A DNA stretch of 64,000 bases from Prasinococcaceae sp. CCMP 1430 (lineage: Eukaryota; Plantae; Prasinodermophyta). The position numbers were made by a program, and so were the translations under genes. The notes below the pieces were generated by a model. It did no database searches and was not told the origin of the DNA. It saw nothing but the letters and a program-made list of their open reading frames with translations. Positions within the stretch are counted from its first letter, which is position 1, and every line of letters starts with the position of its first letter. The stretch lies in NCBI GenBank assembly GCA_013416795.1, contig RQSC01001236.1, forward strand, positions 85,780 to 149,779. Reading direction: 5' to 3'. Of the stretch, positions 11,129 through 22,479 are shown one piece after another.

Positions 11129-12310
11129 ATGGCGGGCGACGCTCCCCCCGCGCTGCTGCGCTCGGTGGCGGCGTTCTTGCGCGACCAGGGCCTCTCCTCG
11201 GCTGCCAAGCTCGTCGAGGACAAGAAGCTCAAGGGCGCCGCGGCCGGCGAAGAGGCCGCCGACCTCGTCTCCATGTTCGAGGCTCACGAGGCCGCGCGAG
11301 GCACCAAGCGCGCGCGCGCCGACGACGGCGCCGACCCTGCGGGTAAGAAGGCCAAGGTCGACAAGGAGGAGAGCTCAGAATCCGACTCAGGCTCGGATGA
11401 CAGTGGCGACGATTCGGACTCGGATGACGAGAAGGCTGCGCCCGCCGCAGCCAAGGCTGATTCGGACTCGTCCGATTCGGACTCGGACTCGGATGACGAG
11501 AAGGCCGCGCCCGCCGCAGCCAAGGCGGGCTCGGACTCGTCCGATTCGGACTCGTCCGATTCGGACTCGTCGGACTCGGACTCAGACGACGGCAGCGACG
11601 ATGCGCAGCCGGAAGCCATGGAAACTGCGGCCCCCGCCGCGCCCGCGAAAGAGGACGCCAGCAGCAGCTCGGACGACGAGTCCGATGACGAGAGCGGGAG
11701 CGACTCGGATTCGGAGAGCGAGTCCGAGAGCGAGTCCGAGAGCGAGTCGGAGAGCGAGTCGGAGAGCGAGTCGGAGAGCGAGTCCGAGAGCGAGTCCGAG
11801 AGCGAGTCCGAGAGCGAGTCGGAGTCGGACAGCGACAGCAGCGACTCGGACAGCGACTCGGACAGCGATAGCAGCGACTCGGAAAGCGACGATGAGGTCA
11901 CGGTGCAAAAGCAGCCCAAGAGCGCACCGGCGACCCCGGCCTTCCACACGGCGCCCAACACACCGGGGGACGCCACGCCGCAATTCCAGACGCCCGCCGC
12001 GCAGAACGGCAAGAGCAGCGGCGCCGGGCACAGCGGTGGGCGTCAGTCGGGTGAACGCTTTCAGCGCGTGCGAGAGGAGGACGTCAAGTTCATGAAGACC
12101 ACCAAGGACTCGCTGCTGTACGATAACACATATGAGGGGGCGTTCGGCGAGAACGGGTGGGGCAAGAAGGCCAACGACATCCTGGGCAAGTGCAGGGGCA
12201 AGGATTTCCGCCACGAGAAGACCAAGAAGAAGCGCGGCACCTACCGCGGCGGCAAGATCGACTTCGCGTCGAACTCGTCGAAATTCGTGTACTCTGACGA
12301 CGACCAGTAG
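11129..12310 (+). CDS. SRP40: SRP40/Nopp140-like nucleolar phosphoprotein
   Basis: LisH-like N-terminus ([14 protein letters not shown]), SD/SE acidic tracts and the SRP40 C-terminus (FQRV...DNTY...[35 protein letters not shown]). Confidence 0.85.
   Translation: MAGDAPPALLRSVAAFLRDQGLSSAAKLVEDKKLKGAAAGEEAADLVSMFEAHEAARGTKRARADDGADPAGKKAKVDKEESSESDSGSDDSGDDSDSDDEKAAPAAAKADSDSSDSDSDSDDEKAAPAAAKAGSDSSDSDSSDSDSSDSDSDDGSDDAQPEAMETAAPAAPAKEDASSSSDDESDDESGSDSDSESESESESESESESESESESESESESESESESESESESDSDSSDSDSDSDSDSSDSESDDEVTVQKQPKSAPATPAFHTAPNTPGDATPQFQTPAAQNGKSSGAGHSGGRQSGERFQRVREEDVKFMKTTKDSLLYDNTYEGAFGENGWGKKANDILGKCRGKDFRHEKTKKKRGTYRGGKIDFASNSSKFVYSDDDQ
11712..11826 (+). repeat. Coding (Ser-Glu)n repeat, 12-bp period
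   Basis: gagagcgagtc(c/g) tandem units. Confidence 0.85.
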
Positions 12311-12466
12311 TCTTCTGGCGGTGTCGAGGATGGGCGGGAGACGCGCTGGGACGGGTGGCCAGCGCGCGTGCGCGCGCGCGCTCTGCGGGGGGTTCACAGG
12401 AATCGCAGAGTACCTTGCCGGCGCCCTGTCCGCGTGCATACCCCAGCACGACAATATCCTTGCTAG

Positions 12467-13602
12467 CTACTGCAGGACACTCGGCGAATGGTGCATAACT
12501 CGTCGATACATCACGTCCGTTCGAATGACCACCTGTGGCGCGCGCGGTGAAACGCATCCGCGCTGCGGTCAGCGCGTGCGTCCTGGACGGCGTGTCGTCG
12601 TGCGCCCAAATAGCAGCCGCGAGAGAGAGCACGCACCTTCGTCCCATTTTCAATGCGACAACCCTCGTGCAAGGCGGAGTGCTCGAAGATGAGAACACGC
12701 CCTGCTTTGCCGGCCACGGCAAGGTCCTCGTCGGTGGCGCCATCTTCCAAGGCCAGGAAGCCGGTCTCGCCACCGCGATCGGCTTCCTGGAGGTAAAACT
12801 GGATGGTGAGGAAGGATCCTGTCGCGACGCAAGGTGGGCGCAGTGAGTGTCAGCCCGCGCCGCACACACGCTTGAGCCAGGTAGGCGCGGCGGCGCGTGG
12901 CCGCGCATGGGTCGTCCGCGGGTGTCACGCACCATCCCCTGAGCACCGCTTTTCTGACCCAGGCGTCCAATACGAGCCGTCGCGATGACGCTCGAAGAAG
13001 TCACCCTCGCTGTACCGTAGGTACCGAAGCCTTGGATTCAGCCCGAGCAGAGCGAACTTGCGCCAAGGGTCGCCCTCAGAGGCGGCGGCATCTACTTGTG
13101 CAGGAGATGGTTCGACGGTCCTTGCGCGATCCACGAGCGGGTTGTGTTCCCGCGCCCAGACAGCCGGCGGGAGCATGCTCCTCACGCGGCTGAAGAGCAC
13201 CTCCGCGGTCGGCTCGTCATCGATGATGTTGCGCTCGCTGCGCCGTACATTTTGGACGAGCGCCTGCTGGCCTCCACCGACGCCCAAGAGCGCCGCTTCG
13301 TAACCTCTGCCGGCGGCGGCGGCGTGATCAATCAGGGCCCGGCATTCCCCGTCGGAGAGGACGCCGTCGGCCACGACCGCGAATTTTCCTGCGTCGCAGC
13401 CAGGCAGCCCGAGCTGCACCACTTTCAGGTCCTGCGATCGATCGGCGTCGAGCAGCGCCGCACCTGACTGCGCTTTCGGTGTAACTGGAGTGCACGGTGT
13501 GCTTGGTGTGACTGGAGTGCACGGTGTGCTTGGCGTGCTAGCCACCGGATTGCCTCCAAGCCTGTCTGGAGTGCGCATCGACTCCGATTCTTGCGGGTCC
13601 AT
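12467..13602 (-). CDS. 2OG-Fe(II) oxygenase, prolyl-4-hydroxylase-like; three exons
   Basis: VADGVLSDGEC, RYLRYSEGDFFERHRDG (HxD); exon 2 SFLTIQFYLQE..GGET...GRVLIFEHSALHEG; exon 3 VVIRTDVMY. GTGCGT donors. Confidence 0.8.
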
Positions 13603-14496
13603 TGCGCCGGCTAGCGGGAGTTCGGCGCGGTTCGATGCTACTCGTCGCCCTCCCAGATGTGTTTCTGACACGTCAAGCACGACCACGGCCAGACGACGCA
13701 ATAGAGGAAGCAGAGGCCTGGGATCTCAGCACAGCTGCTGCACAGCCTTCGCCACCGCGACCGTGTGTCGGGGGGTGAGAGGATCCCTTCCGCGACGGCC
13801 CACTCACGCGTCGCAGGCATCCACTGGAGCAGATGCCGCTGGTGCGTTGGCTGTCTTGGCAGGTGGGTGTTGCGGGCAAGACCCGCGAGCGGGCGCGGGC
13901 GGTGGCTGAGGGGTGAGTGGGGCTGCGCGCGCCGCGCGACGTGTGGCGCGAGCGAGCGCCGCGCCCGCCCTGCATCGCGCGCCCGCGCGCTCACGCGCTC
14001 GGGCGTCCATCGCGGGCGGAAGGAAGCTTCCGCTGGGGGGAACCGGAACCGCCGCTTCCGAAACTGCACGCGGCCGCGACGGGCGCAAGGCGATCTGAGC
14101 CCGCGGCCCGCGCCGACGCGCGCGCGAAAGCCGCTGCCCCCGACTTTGAACGGCGGCGGCGGCGGGACCAACACTCGCCGCAGCGGGCCAACGGCGCGCC
14201 GCCGGGGAACGGCGGGAAACGGCTGTTCATCAATTGCAAACACATTGTTTTGTATACATTAAGAACGGGAGAGCTGTTTCACATTTTGCATTGTGATCAT
14301 CCGGCTCCGCCGCGGCATTTGCGTCCGTTCCCCCGAGCGGCCAGCAGTCTGCACGCGTAGCAGCGGGATGAAGGCGCACAGCGCACGGGGCGCGCGCCCC
14401 CTGGCGCCAGCGGCCCCGAGGAGGAGCGGAAAGGGCGAGCGAGGGGAGGCTGCGCGCGGTGAGGTGGGGGCTCGCGGGCGGCGGCTGGCGGGCGCT

Positions 14497-15419
14497 ATGG
14501 CAGTGCCGACGCTGTCGCCGGCGCTGGCGCTGGTTGCGCTGGAGGAGCTCTTCGGTGGCGCGGACGGCGAGGGCGGCGCCGCCGAGGAGGCCCGCCGCGT
14601 GAGCCGTGCGGCGATCGATGCCGCGTGCGAGGGCGGCGACGGCGGCCTGGCCGAGCGAGTGGCGAGCTCTGGGGCGGTGGGGGGCGCCCAGAGCGACAGC
14701 AGCGAAAGCGCTGGTGGCGCGGGCTGGCGCTCGCTCGCATACGGCGAGGTGGGATTTGTCGCGCTGCGTGTTGCGCTCCGGGTGGCAGTCGATGCCGCGT
14801 TGGCTGGCGCGTCCGCTTCAACGGCCGTGGGGGGGTCTTTCCTCGACATTGGAAGTGGCACGGGCAGGGCAACGCTCGCCGCAGCACTGTTGTGCCCTCG
14901 CCTGCTACGACTGCGGGGAATCGAGCTGCTGCCAGGGCTGCACGACATCGCTGAGCGTGCTCGCATGCAGTACGAGGCCGAGATCGCACAGCGGCTGCCT
15001 GCAGCGCACGCCACGCAGACGGTCGCGTTCGAGCAGGGCGATGCGCTCAAGGTGAGGATGCGCGAGCTGATGCGGCGGCGATGCGCGTGGTCTTTCTCTC
15101 TCTCTTCGCCAGCCTGTGATTTGAATCTACGCATCGCACGTGCGCATGTGTGCTCATGTCCGTTCCCTCCCGCGACCTGCTGTGCCCATAGCGTGATTGG
15201 CGCGGCACAGATGTGGCGTTCTGCTGTGCCACGCTCTTCTCGGAGGACCTTGTGCGCGCGGTCGAGGCCAAAGCGGTGGAAGAGCTCCGCTCGGGTGCGG
15301 TTTTCATCATGCTCACGCACGAGTTCGTTGGCGGCCCCGAGGTGTGGACGTTGCTGGAAGATCGCGAGCGGCGCATGTCGTGGGGGCCCGCGCGCGTGCG
15401 CGTGTACCAACGTCGGTGA
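14497..15419 (+). CDS. SAM-dependent methyltransferase, DOT1-like domain; intron 15052-15191
   Basis: LAYGEV, FLDIGSGTGR (motif I), GIELLPGLH, FEQGDAL|RDW..TDVAFCCATLFS, SWG. Confidence 0.75.
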
Positions 15420-15488
15420 GCCTCAATTAAGTGTATTTGATGTATTATGTGTACCTTCTGCTGCGCATGGCATGTGCACACGCAGCGC

Positions 15489-17498
15489 TCACACGAGCTC
15501 TCCGCGCAAAAGCAACTTCTCATGCCCTGCAACGACGGGCTCGCCTGCGTGCGGACAGGGGTGCGGGAAGAGAAGCAACCGGTTTCTGCGCGGGCGGACG
15601 GCCGCGCGCACATCGGCGTCGCAGTATTGCTCCATGACCCGCCTAAGTAGCACGGTCGCGCCGCCAATCTCGGTGTCACGCAAGTACAGCAGGAACGTGT
15701 GCGTAGTACCCATATCCGTGACGTCGCTGCAAGCGTACGGCTTCTTCTTGCTGAGGTCCACATGCGGCGCCATTCCCTCGCCCCCAGTCGTGTAGTGCAG
15801 AAAGCGTGAGTACGTGTGTGCCTGTGTTGGCGAGCCCTCGGGCAGCAGCGACAGCGCGCGCCTGAGGGCGTCGCTCACCAATCTCTCCGCGTCGCTGTAG
15901 TGCCTGCGCATGGGACCCCCTGGCGCTTTTTTCGCCAGCTTACCGCCGATGGTTGTCGCCGCCGCCGCCGCCTTATCGGCGCCGCCGCACTCTCGCGTCG
16001 ATGGCAGAGTACAGAACAGGCGCTCGAGCGCGCACAGGAAGCCCTCATCGAACGCATCGTCTATGTAGTAGCTGCCAGCGCCAGCGTGGGCGTCGCCAAC
16101 TGGGATGAGAGTGGTCACTCGCGCAGAAAGGGGCAGTGGTGGTGCGATGGGCGCGGGTAGCGAGGCGAAGCCCACCGCATCGGCCGCTTCCTCGAGAAGC
16201 GCGGCCGCTTCGTTGTGCCCCCGCGATCGCGCCAGCTGCGCAGCGGACAGCCTCCATGGTTTTGCTCCGCGGTCCTCGCGCACGCAAGCACCATTGCGCA
16301 GCAGAGCGCGCAGAGTGTCTGTGTGACCACCGGCAGCCGCCGCCGCGAGCGGGGTGCATCCGCCGTGCGCTTCCCGTCGCACGTCCGCCCCCGCCCACTC
16401 CGCCAATTTGTGCACGGCCATCGTTTTCCCATACTGCGCTGCGAGGAAGAGCGCCGTCTCACCCGCGACATTGGTTCCCTCGACGTTCGCGCCCGCGTCG
16501 ACGAGGGCGGTGACCGCAGCGAGGTCACCCGCCGCGCCCGCCACGAGCAGCCTTTCCACGCGCTGCGGACGTGAAGCACCCACGTACAAGCGCGCAGCGG
16601 CGAGCGCGTCCAGAGCCGCAAACTTCCGCCGCTCAAGCTCCGTCCCACGGGCGTCGGCGGCGCTCGGACACTCGAGTGGCAGCCTCTCCCACCGTGCTCG
16701 CGACGCGGCCTTGCGTTCCGCGGGACCCATAGCGTCGCCTGCGCTGTCACCGTCGCCGCCACCTCCGTTGCGCGCGGCGCCCTCTTCGGCGAGGCCGCAC
16801 GGGCACTCCAGCGTCGAGTGCGCGCCAGCATGTCTCCATGCGCACGGCTCGCACGCGTAGTGCCCACAGCCTTCCCACCGCACAAGCGGAGACACGCCGC
16901 CGGCGACGGCGCGCCCGCACACCGTACAGCGCTTCGAGCTGTTGGCGATGGCCGGAGAAGCCTCGGCAGCGAAGCGCAGCTTCGCCATCTCTATTGCCAC
17001 GTGCGCGACGAACGCCGACGGCCCCCGCCGCACGAGCGCGCGCGCCTCATCGCGCGCGCGGCCGCACGATGCGTCGGCGCCCGCACGCAGCAGCTGGTTG
17101 ACCACGCGGCCGCGGCGGCGTGTGCCGCCGCGGCGCAGCGCGGCGCACAGCGCCGCCTCCTCCAGCAGTGTGCGCCCGACGAGCGGCTCAGACTCCCACG
17201 TGGGTACGGCGCTCGCGGCCCCCGCCTGCGCCGCCTCCGCCGCCTCCCTCCGCCCGTCGCGTCCGCGAGCGAGGACGCGCTCGAGCGGCGCGTCGATGTC
17301 AACGTGGAGCAGCTTCACGACGCCCAGCGAGGCGATGTCGCCGCCGCGCACTGCGCGCACGAGCTGTGCGGCCGCCGCGGCCGCCGGCGGCTCGCGCGAC
17401 CACCCCACCCCACCCCACTCGCTCTCGCTCCCGCGCGCTCTCTGCCGCCAGCCCACCCGCGCGAGCCGATGCGGCGGCCCGGCGCGGCGGCGCGCCAT
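15489..17498 (-). CDS. RING-like finger + ankyrin repeats + C-terminal 2OG-Fe(II) oxygenase; start uncertain
   Basis: CTVC...CGHYACEPC...CPC; GETALFLAAQYG and GCTPLAAAAAGGH ankyrin repeats; MAPHVD (HxD), FLLYL..GGAT, LLFPH.CPHAG, KLLLRGEL. Confidence 0.75.
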   Translation of the reverse strand: MARRRAGPPHRLARVGWRQRARGSESEWGGVGWSREPPAAAAAAQLVRAVRGGDIASLGVVKLLHVDIDAPLERVLARGRDGRREAAEAAQAGAASAVPTWESEPLVGRTLLEEAALCAALRRGGTRRRGRVVNQLLRAGADASCGRARDEARALVRRGPSAFVAHVAIEMAKLRFAAEASPAIANSSKRCTVCGRAVAGGVSPLVRWEGCGHYACEPCAWRHAGAHSTLECPCGLAEEGAARNGGGGDGDSAGDAMGPAERKAASRARWERLPLECPSAADARGTELERRKFAALDALAAARLYVGASRPQRVERLLVAGAAGDLAAVTALVDAGANVEGTNVAGETALFLAAQYGKTMAVHKLAEWAGADVRREAHGGCTPLAAAAAGGHTDTLRALLRNGACVREDRGAKPWRLSAAQLARSRGHNEAAALLEEAADAVGFASLPAPIAPPLPLSARVTTLIPVGDAHAGAGSYYIDDAFDEGFLCALERLFCTLPSTRECGGADKAAAAATTIGGKLAKKAPGGPMRRHYSDAERLVSDALRRALSLLPEGSPTQAHTYSRFLHYTTGGEGMAPHVDLSKKKPYACSDVTDMGTTHTFLLYLRDTEIGGATVLLRRVMEQYCDADVRAAVRPRRNRLLLFPHPCPHAGEPVVAGHEKLLLRGELV

Positions 17499-17824
17499 TC
17501 GGCGCCAACGCAAACCCTGTTTGAGAAAACCCATTCCCCGCCAAATGATCGCCTCGTTTGCCGTCGGCCCCGTCCCGCCCCTGCACGTCTGTGTCTGTGT
17601 TCTGTGGTTCCGGGGCTGAACACCCGAGAGCCGAGCCCTCCGAGGCCGAGGCGCGAAACGCGGCGCGAGAAAAAACGCGCGCCGGCGGCGATCGATCGAT
17701 CGAGCGGGCGAGCGATTCGAAATTGATGGGCCGCTCGCGCCGGCCGCGCCGCGCCACACTGCGCGCGCGAGGCCCGCGGCGGTTCCGCCTCCGACGGCCC
17801 GCCGAGCAGAGCCGACGACGCGCC

Positions 17825-18880
17825 ATGCCTGCCGCCGCGATGCTCGAGGCGCCCGCTGAGCTGCCGGTGGCGCAGGAGCGCGACGCCGCCGGCGTCGACG
17901 AGGACTTCGCAAACGAACCGCTGCCTGTTGAGCACCTGATGACGCTCGGAGTGAACGCCGCGGACCTCAAGAAGGCGCGCGACGCGGGGTTCTGCACGGT
18001 CGACTCCATCGTGAACGCCATGCGGCGTGACCTCATCAACGTGCGAGGGCTGAGCGAGAACAAGGCGGAGAAGATTGTCGACGCGGCCAAAAAGTGCACC
18101 TCCAGCGCGGGCGCGTCGTTCTTGACCGCGACAGAGTTCCAAGCGCGCTACCACGCGAACATCCTGCGCATTGGCACTGGCTGCGAGGCCTTCAACGAAA
18201 TGCTCGGCGGGGGCATCGAGACGCGCTCCATCACCGAGCTCTACGGAGAGTTTCGCACGGGAAAGACCCAGCTTTGCCACACGCTCGCTGTGACATGCCA
18301 GCTTCCCTGCGACGCCGGTGGGGCCGAGGGCATGGCTGTCATCGTAGACACGGAGGGCACATTCAAGCCCGAGCGCCTCGCCCCGATCGCGGAGCGCTTC
18401 GGTCTGGATCCCGAGGGCGTTATCAGCAACGTCATGATCACGCGCCCGTACAATTCCGAGCAGTTCATGGAGCGCATTGAGGCGCTCACCGCTCTGCTCA
18501 TCGAAAAGCCCGTCAGGCTGATCCTTGTGGACTCGATCATGGCGCTGTATCGCGCTGATTTCCAGGGGCGCGGCCAGCTCGCTGAGCGCCAGATGAAGCT
18601 CAACGCGGTCCTCTCGCGCCTCAAGAATGTCGCAGAGGAATTCGGGGTGGCGGTCCTGCTCACCAACCAAGTCATGGCCGTCCCCGATGCAATGGCGATG
18701 GTGAACTACCCTAAGGCCGTTGGCGGCCACATCCTCGCGCACGCCTCAACCACGCGCATATTCATGAGGAAGGGCCGCGGTGACAATCGCGTTGCGAAGC
18801 TCGAGTTCGCGCCGATGTTGCCCCCAGGCGAGTGCACATTCACCATCCAGGCAGGCGGCATCTTCGAGGGCACTGACTAG
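17825..18880 (+). CDS. DMC1: RecA-family recombinase, DMC1-type (RAD51 paralogue), intronless
   Basis: GEFRTGKTQ Walker A; DSIMAL...AERQ and GGHILAHASTTRI, which are DMC1-type (RAD51 has DSATAL/SARQ/GGNI). Some RAD51-like residues are present near Walker A. Confidence 0.8.
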   Translation: MPAAAMLEAPAELPVAQERDAAGVDEDFANEPLPVEHLMTLGVNAADLKKARDAGFCTVDSIVNAMRRDLINVRGLSENKAEKIVDAAKKCTSSAGASFLTATEFQARYHANILRIGTGCEAFNEMLGGGIETRSITELYGEFRTGKTQLCHTLAVTCQLPCDAGGAEGMAVIVDTEGTFKPERLAPIAERFGLDPEGVISNVMITRPYNSEQFMERIEALTALLIEKPVRLILVDSIMALYRADFQGRGQLAERQMKLNAVLSRLKNVAEEFGVAVLLTNQVMAVPDAMAMVNYPKAVGGHILAHASTTRIFMRKGRGDNRVAKLEFAPMLPPGECTFTIQAGGIFEGTD

Positions 18881-19309
18881 CCTGCACATCTCGAGAGCCT
18901 GCATACAACCAAAGCCCGGTCACTCACGTACATAGCGCTGTCGAGCGCCCGAATCCTCTTCGCACAACCGAAGTGACGAGTCGCAACCTACGGATATCCA
19001 TCATTCCTACACAAGCACTTGTTATCAACATCAGGTGCAGTCATCTTGCAAGACGTGCTTTCATCCTCGCGCCTCCACAAGCACAGGGTGCGACGATGCA
19101 CATAGCAACCTGGACTTTATCGAGCACGCAGCACACGGCACTGAGCCCATTCTAGCTACACCAACTGACACCGCACGCAGCGGCATGCAAAGACAAACTT
19201 TATTGATTACCTGAACCTGCACACCACCTCGACGTGCACCTGCCGGCTTGCGAAGAAATATCTGCCAGCTGCACTCATTATAGCACATTCAGCTCAGCCA
19301 GCGCGCTGT

Positions 19310-20855
19310 CTATGCTGCGAGGACCCCTGTCGCGACGAGGGCCGCGAGCGCCGCGTACAGCGCGCACCCAGCCGCCGCTAGTGCGCCCAGCCCGCCGGTC
19401 TCAAAGAGAGCAGTGCCGGCAGCCGGCGTGACAATTGAGAGCAGAGAGCCAATTGACATGTCCACGGCGATGACCGTCCCGCTCTCGGACGCGGCGACCG
19501 CACGCGTGAGCTGGGCGGTCTGCAGATTCCCTAGTACTGCCCCGGACATGATGATGGGCACCACCACCACTAGCAGCTGCGGCAGAGTCGACGTACAGGC
19601 GAGCGCGATGAAGCTCGCGGCGAGCAGCGCCGCAGATGTAGCAGTTACAGTCCGCTCGTGGAAACGCTGGTGGCATTGGCGGCGGCACAGCCGAGTCAGC
19701 CCGCGCATGGGCGCGGCGAAGCGACGAGCACAAACACCAGGCGGCGCGCGCGATGGCGCGCAGCCACGCGCCTGGCGACACGAGCGCACCTCGCTCCAAC
19801 CCACGACCACCGCTTGCGAGAATGCCGCAGACGCGCCCATCACGCTCATGACAACCCCCTGCGCTTGGACGTCCATGCCGTACGCGCGCAGCGCGATCAA
19901 CGGGAAAACCGCCCTGAAGGTCGCTGAGGGCAATGATGACAACAACTTGCCCGTCAGGAGCGACGGGACGCGCGGAGTGCGCCACACGCCCGCGAAGGCA
20001 GCCGCCATCGAAGCCGAGCTAGCGCCGACGTTACCCTGTTTGCTGGTGCCATCCTTCTGCTGCGTGTCTGCGCTGTCACCAGCAGGCGCTGAGGGCGCGT
20101 CCTGAGGTGCGAACGAGTCCGCCGGCAACTCCTCACCGGCAGTTGGCGTGGCAGCGGCGGCGACACTCGCATCCACTGCACGCTGCCCGCGCGAAGGCAT
20201 CGCGGCCAGGATGATGACCACGCTGAGCGCGGAGCCTGCCGCGCTCACCCATGCTGCGAGTGGCAGGCTGACCGAGCCGATGGCTCCACCCGCCGCCGGC
20301 CCGATGGCTGCGCCGACGGCGTAGGCGACACCGACGAAGCCGAGCCACCGCGCACGACTCTCAGAGTCCGTGCGCTCCGCGATGAGCGCACGTGCCGCAA
20401 GCATGGCGTGCTGCAAGAGCGTGGGCACACGGCTCAAGTACAAGCCCACCATGCCCGAGGAGAGCGCCACGGCGGAGTAGCACAACGCCGACGCCACGAA
20501 AGACGCAGCGAAGAGTGTGCGCGCTCCGAACCTATCCGCCAATGGCCCCGAGAGCAGCCCGCCGACCAGCTGTGCAACTCCCATGTAAGAGGAAAGCTGA
20601 GAGTGCATGGAGAACGGGCTTACCTGTCAGAGAGCTGCACGCACGCTGCGCCAGCCGCACGGTTTCTTGTCAGAAGGAGAAGGCGTCACTTACCGCGGCG
20701 AAGTCCGTCGCGACGTCGGTGCCGAGGCGCTGCACGATGTACGGCAGCACTGGCTGCTGGATCTGATAGCACAGCGCGTAGAGCGACACGTTGATAAGCA
20801 CGCACGCCAGCTCGGCCTTGCTTGCTGGCACGCCTGCGACGCCCGTGCCAGCCAT
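19310..20855 (-). CDS. MFS transporter (SLC22A18/MFSD9-like); introns 20597-20693 and 19667-19789
   Basis: GPLADRFGAR motif A, many hydrophobic helices, GAAIGPAAGG; GTAAG and GTGCG donors. Confidence 0.8.
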
Positions 20856-21395
20856 GGCGCCCACGCGCGCGCCCGAAGCTGCTCCCGCGCGCTGGAGCGC
20901 GGACGCAGCCGCGCGAGCGCGCGTGCGCGGCGAGCCATTCCTGTGGAGGCAGACGCGAGCGGCGCGCGGCACACGCCCCAGCGGGGCGCCCCCGCCACCC
21001 GCGCAGCCGCCACGCGGCTCCCACGCCCGGTCAGCGTCGTCGCAGGGCCACTGGAGCCTCCTGGCTACCCCGCTCACTCCCCCCTCCTCGCCGCCTGCAG
21101 GCAGCACGCCCCCTGTGGCACGACGGCAGGCCGGCCCCTCTCTATTTTCGCGCTGTCTCGCCAGCGCTTGCCTGTGCGCGAGTCGATGCGCGGCTCCTCC
21201 GGCGGAGCTGGACAGGGAGCCCGCGGTCGTGTGTGATTCGCATTGTACAATACAGGGGGGCGCGCGACTGAACGATGCAGTGTATGCCTGCATGTGTGTG
21301 AGCCGCGCGGACGCACCGGGCGCTGCAAACAAGGCCGCGGCGGCGCCGCTGTGTGCGCGCGCGGGGGCATCACGTGCATGTGTGGAGGCGCGGTC

Positions 21396-22168
21396 TCACG
21401 CCGACGCATCGGCGTCCTCCGGCAGCAAGCCCTCGCTGTCGATGAGCACCGCGAGCTCGTTGTGGAAGCGATGCATCGGGAACCCAACCACATTAAAGTA
21501 GCAGCCGTGGATGGAGCTGACGAAGACCCCCGCCGCACCCTGGATGCCATAGGAGCCCGCCTTGTCGAAGGGGTCGCCGCTCGCGATGTATTGGTCCACG
21601 GCTTGCTCATCGAGCTCGCCGAAGGTGACCTCTGTGGTCTCGTGAAACGTGCGCGCCGCGCTCTCGCCAGGCAGCACCAGCGCGACGCCCGTGTGCACAC
21701 GGTGCGTCGCGCCCGACAGCTCGAAGAGCATCCTCTTTGCATCAGCTGCGTCGGCAGGCTTCTCGAGGACGACGCCACCGGGCGACTCCACCACGGTGTC
21801 CGCGCCGACGACGAGCCTGCCTTGCGCCTCCGCCCTGCGTGCGACCTCTTCAGCCTTCTTCGCCGCCGTCGCGGCCGCGTACTCGCCCGCGCCTGCAAAG
21901 GCGGCCTTGTTGAGGTCCTCCTCAAATGTCGACTTGATGACCTCGGCGGCCAGGCCGAGCTGCGCGATGAGCTCGCGCCGCCGCGGGCTGCCCGAGGGCT
22001 CTATCTTACGCTGGGCGACGCAGGCGTATTCGATGGCATCGATGCATCATTCGCCGGTGGCTTCTTGTATGAGGTCATTACGAGCAACCCACCAGGACCG
22101 ACAGGCATCCACCTCGACAACGCGCTCGTTCTCGCAATGGAGCTGCGACAGGCTGCCCAGGACGNCAT
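21396..22168 (-). CDS. Maf/ASMTL-N nucleotide pyrophosphatase; 5' region interrupted by a single N at 22165
   Basis: SGSPRRRELI, STFEEDL, VGADTVV, LEKP.D, HTGV, DKAGSYGIQG, NVVGFP motifs. Confidence 0.8.
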
Positions 22169-22479
22169 GGCCCGCGCTGGCGCGGGCGCCCGCTGCAGCG
22201 GCAATGACTACTGTAGCCGTGACCACCGACGCGGCTGCGGGCCTTGCCGGAGGGTCGCCCGCGCCCCGCCGCCGCCCGCGTGTATGGCGAGCGCGCGCCC
22301 GCGGCGCGGGGGTGAGGGCACGGTGGCCCTGCCGCAGAAGTCGACCCTCGAAGGCAGTGGGTTGTGCCCCACACACAGGGTGCGCTGACGCGTGCATTTT
22401 GATGTGAGAATTCGTAGTATACACGTACACGTACAGTACGGCGCTGCGCCGCCATCGCGTGCGCGTCCGATGGCGCCGC

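Noticed and set aside
13478-13535. 27-bp duplication encoding STPCTPVTP
   Set aside because: Minor coding slippage in a disordered N-terminus.
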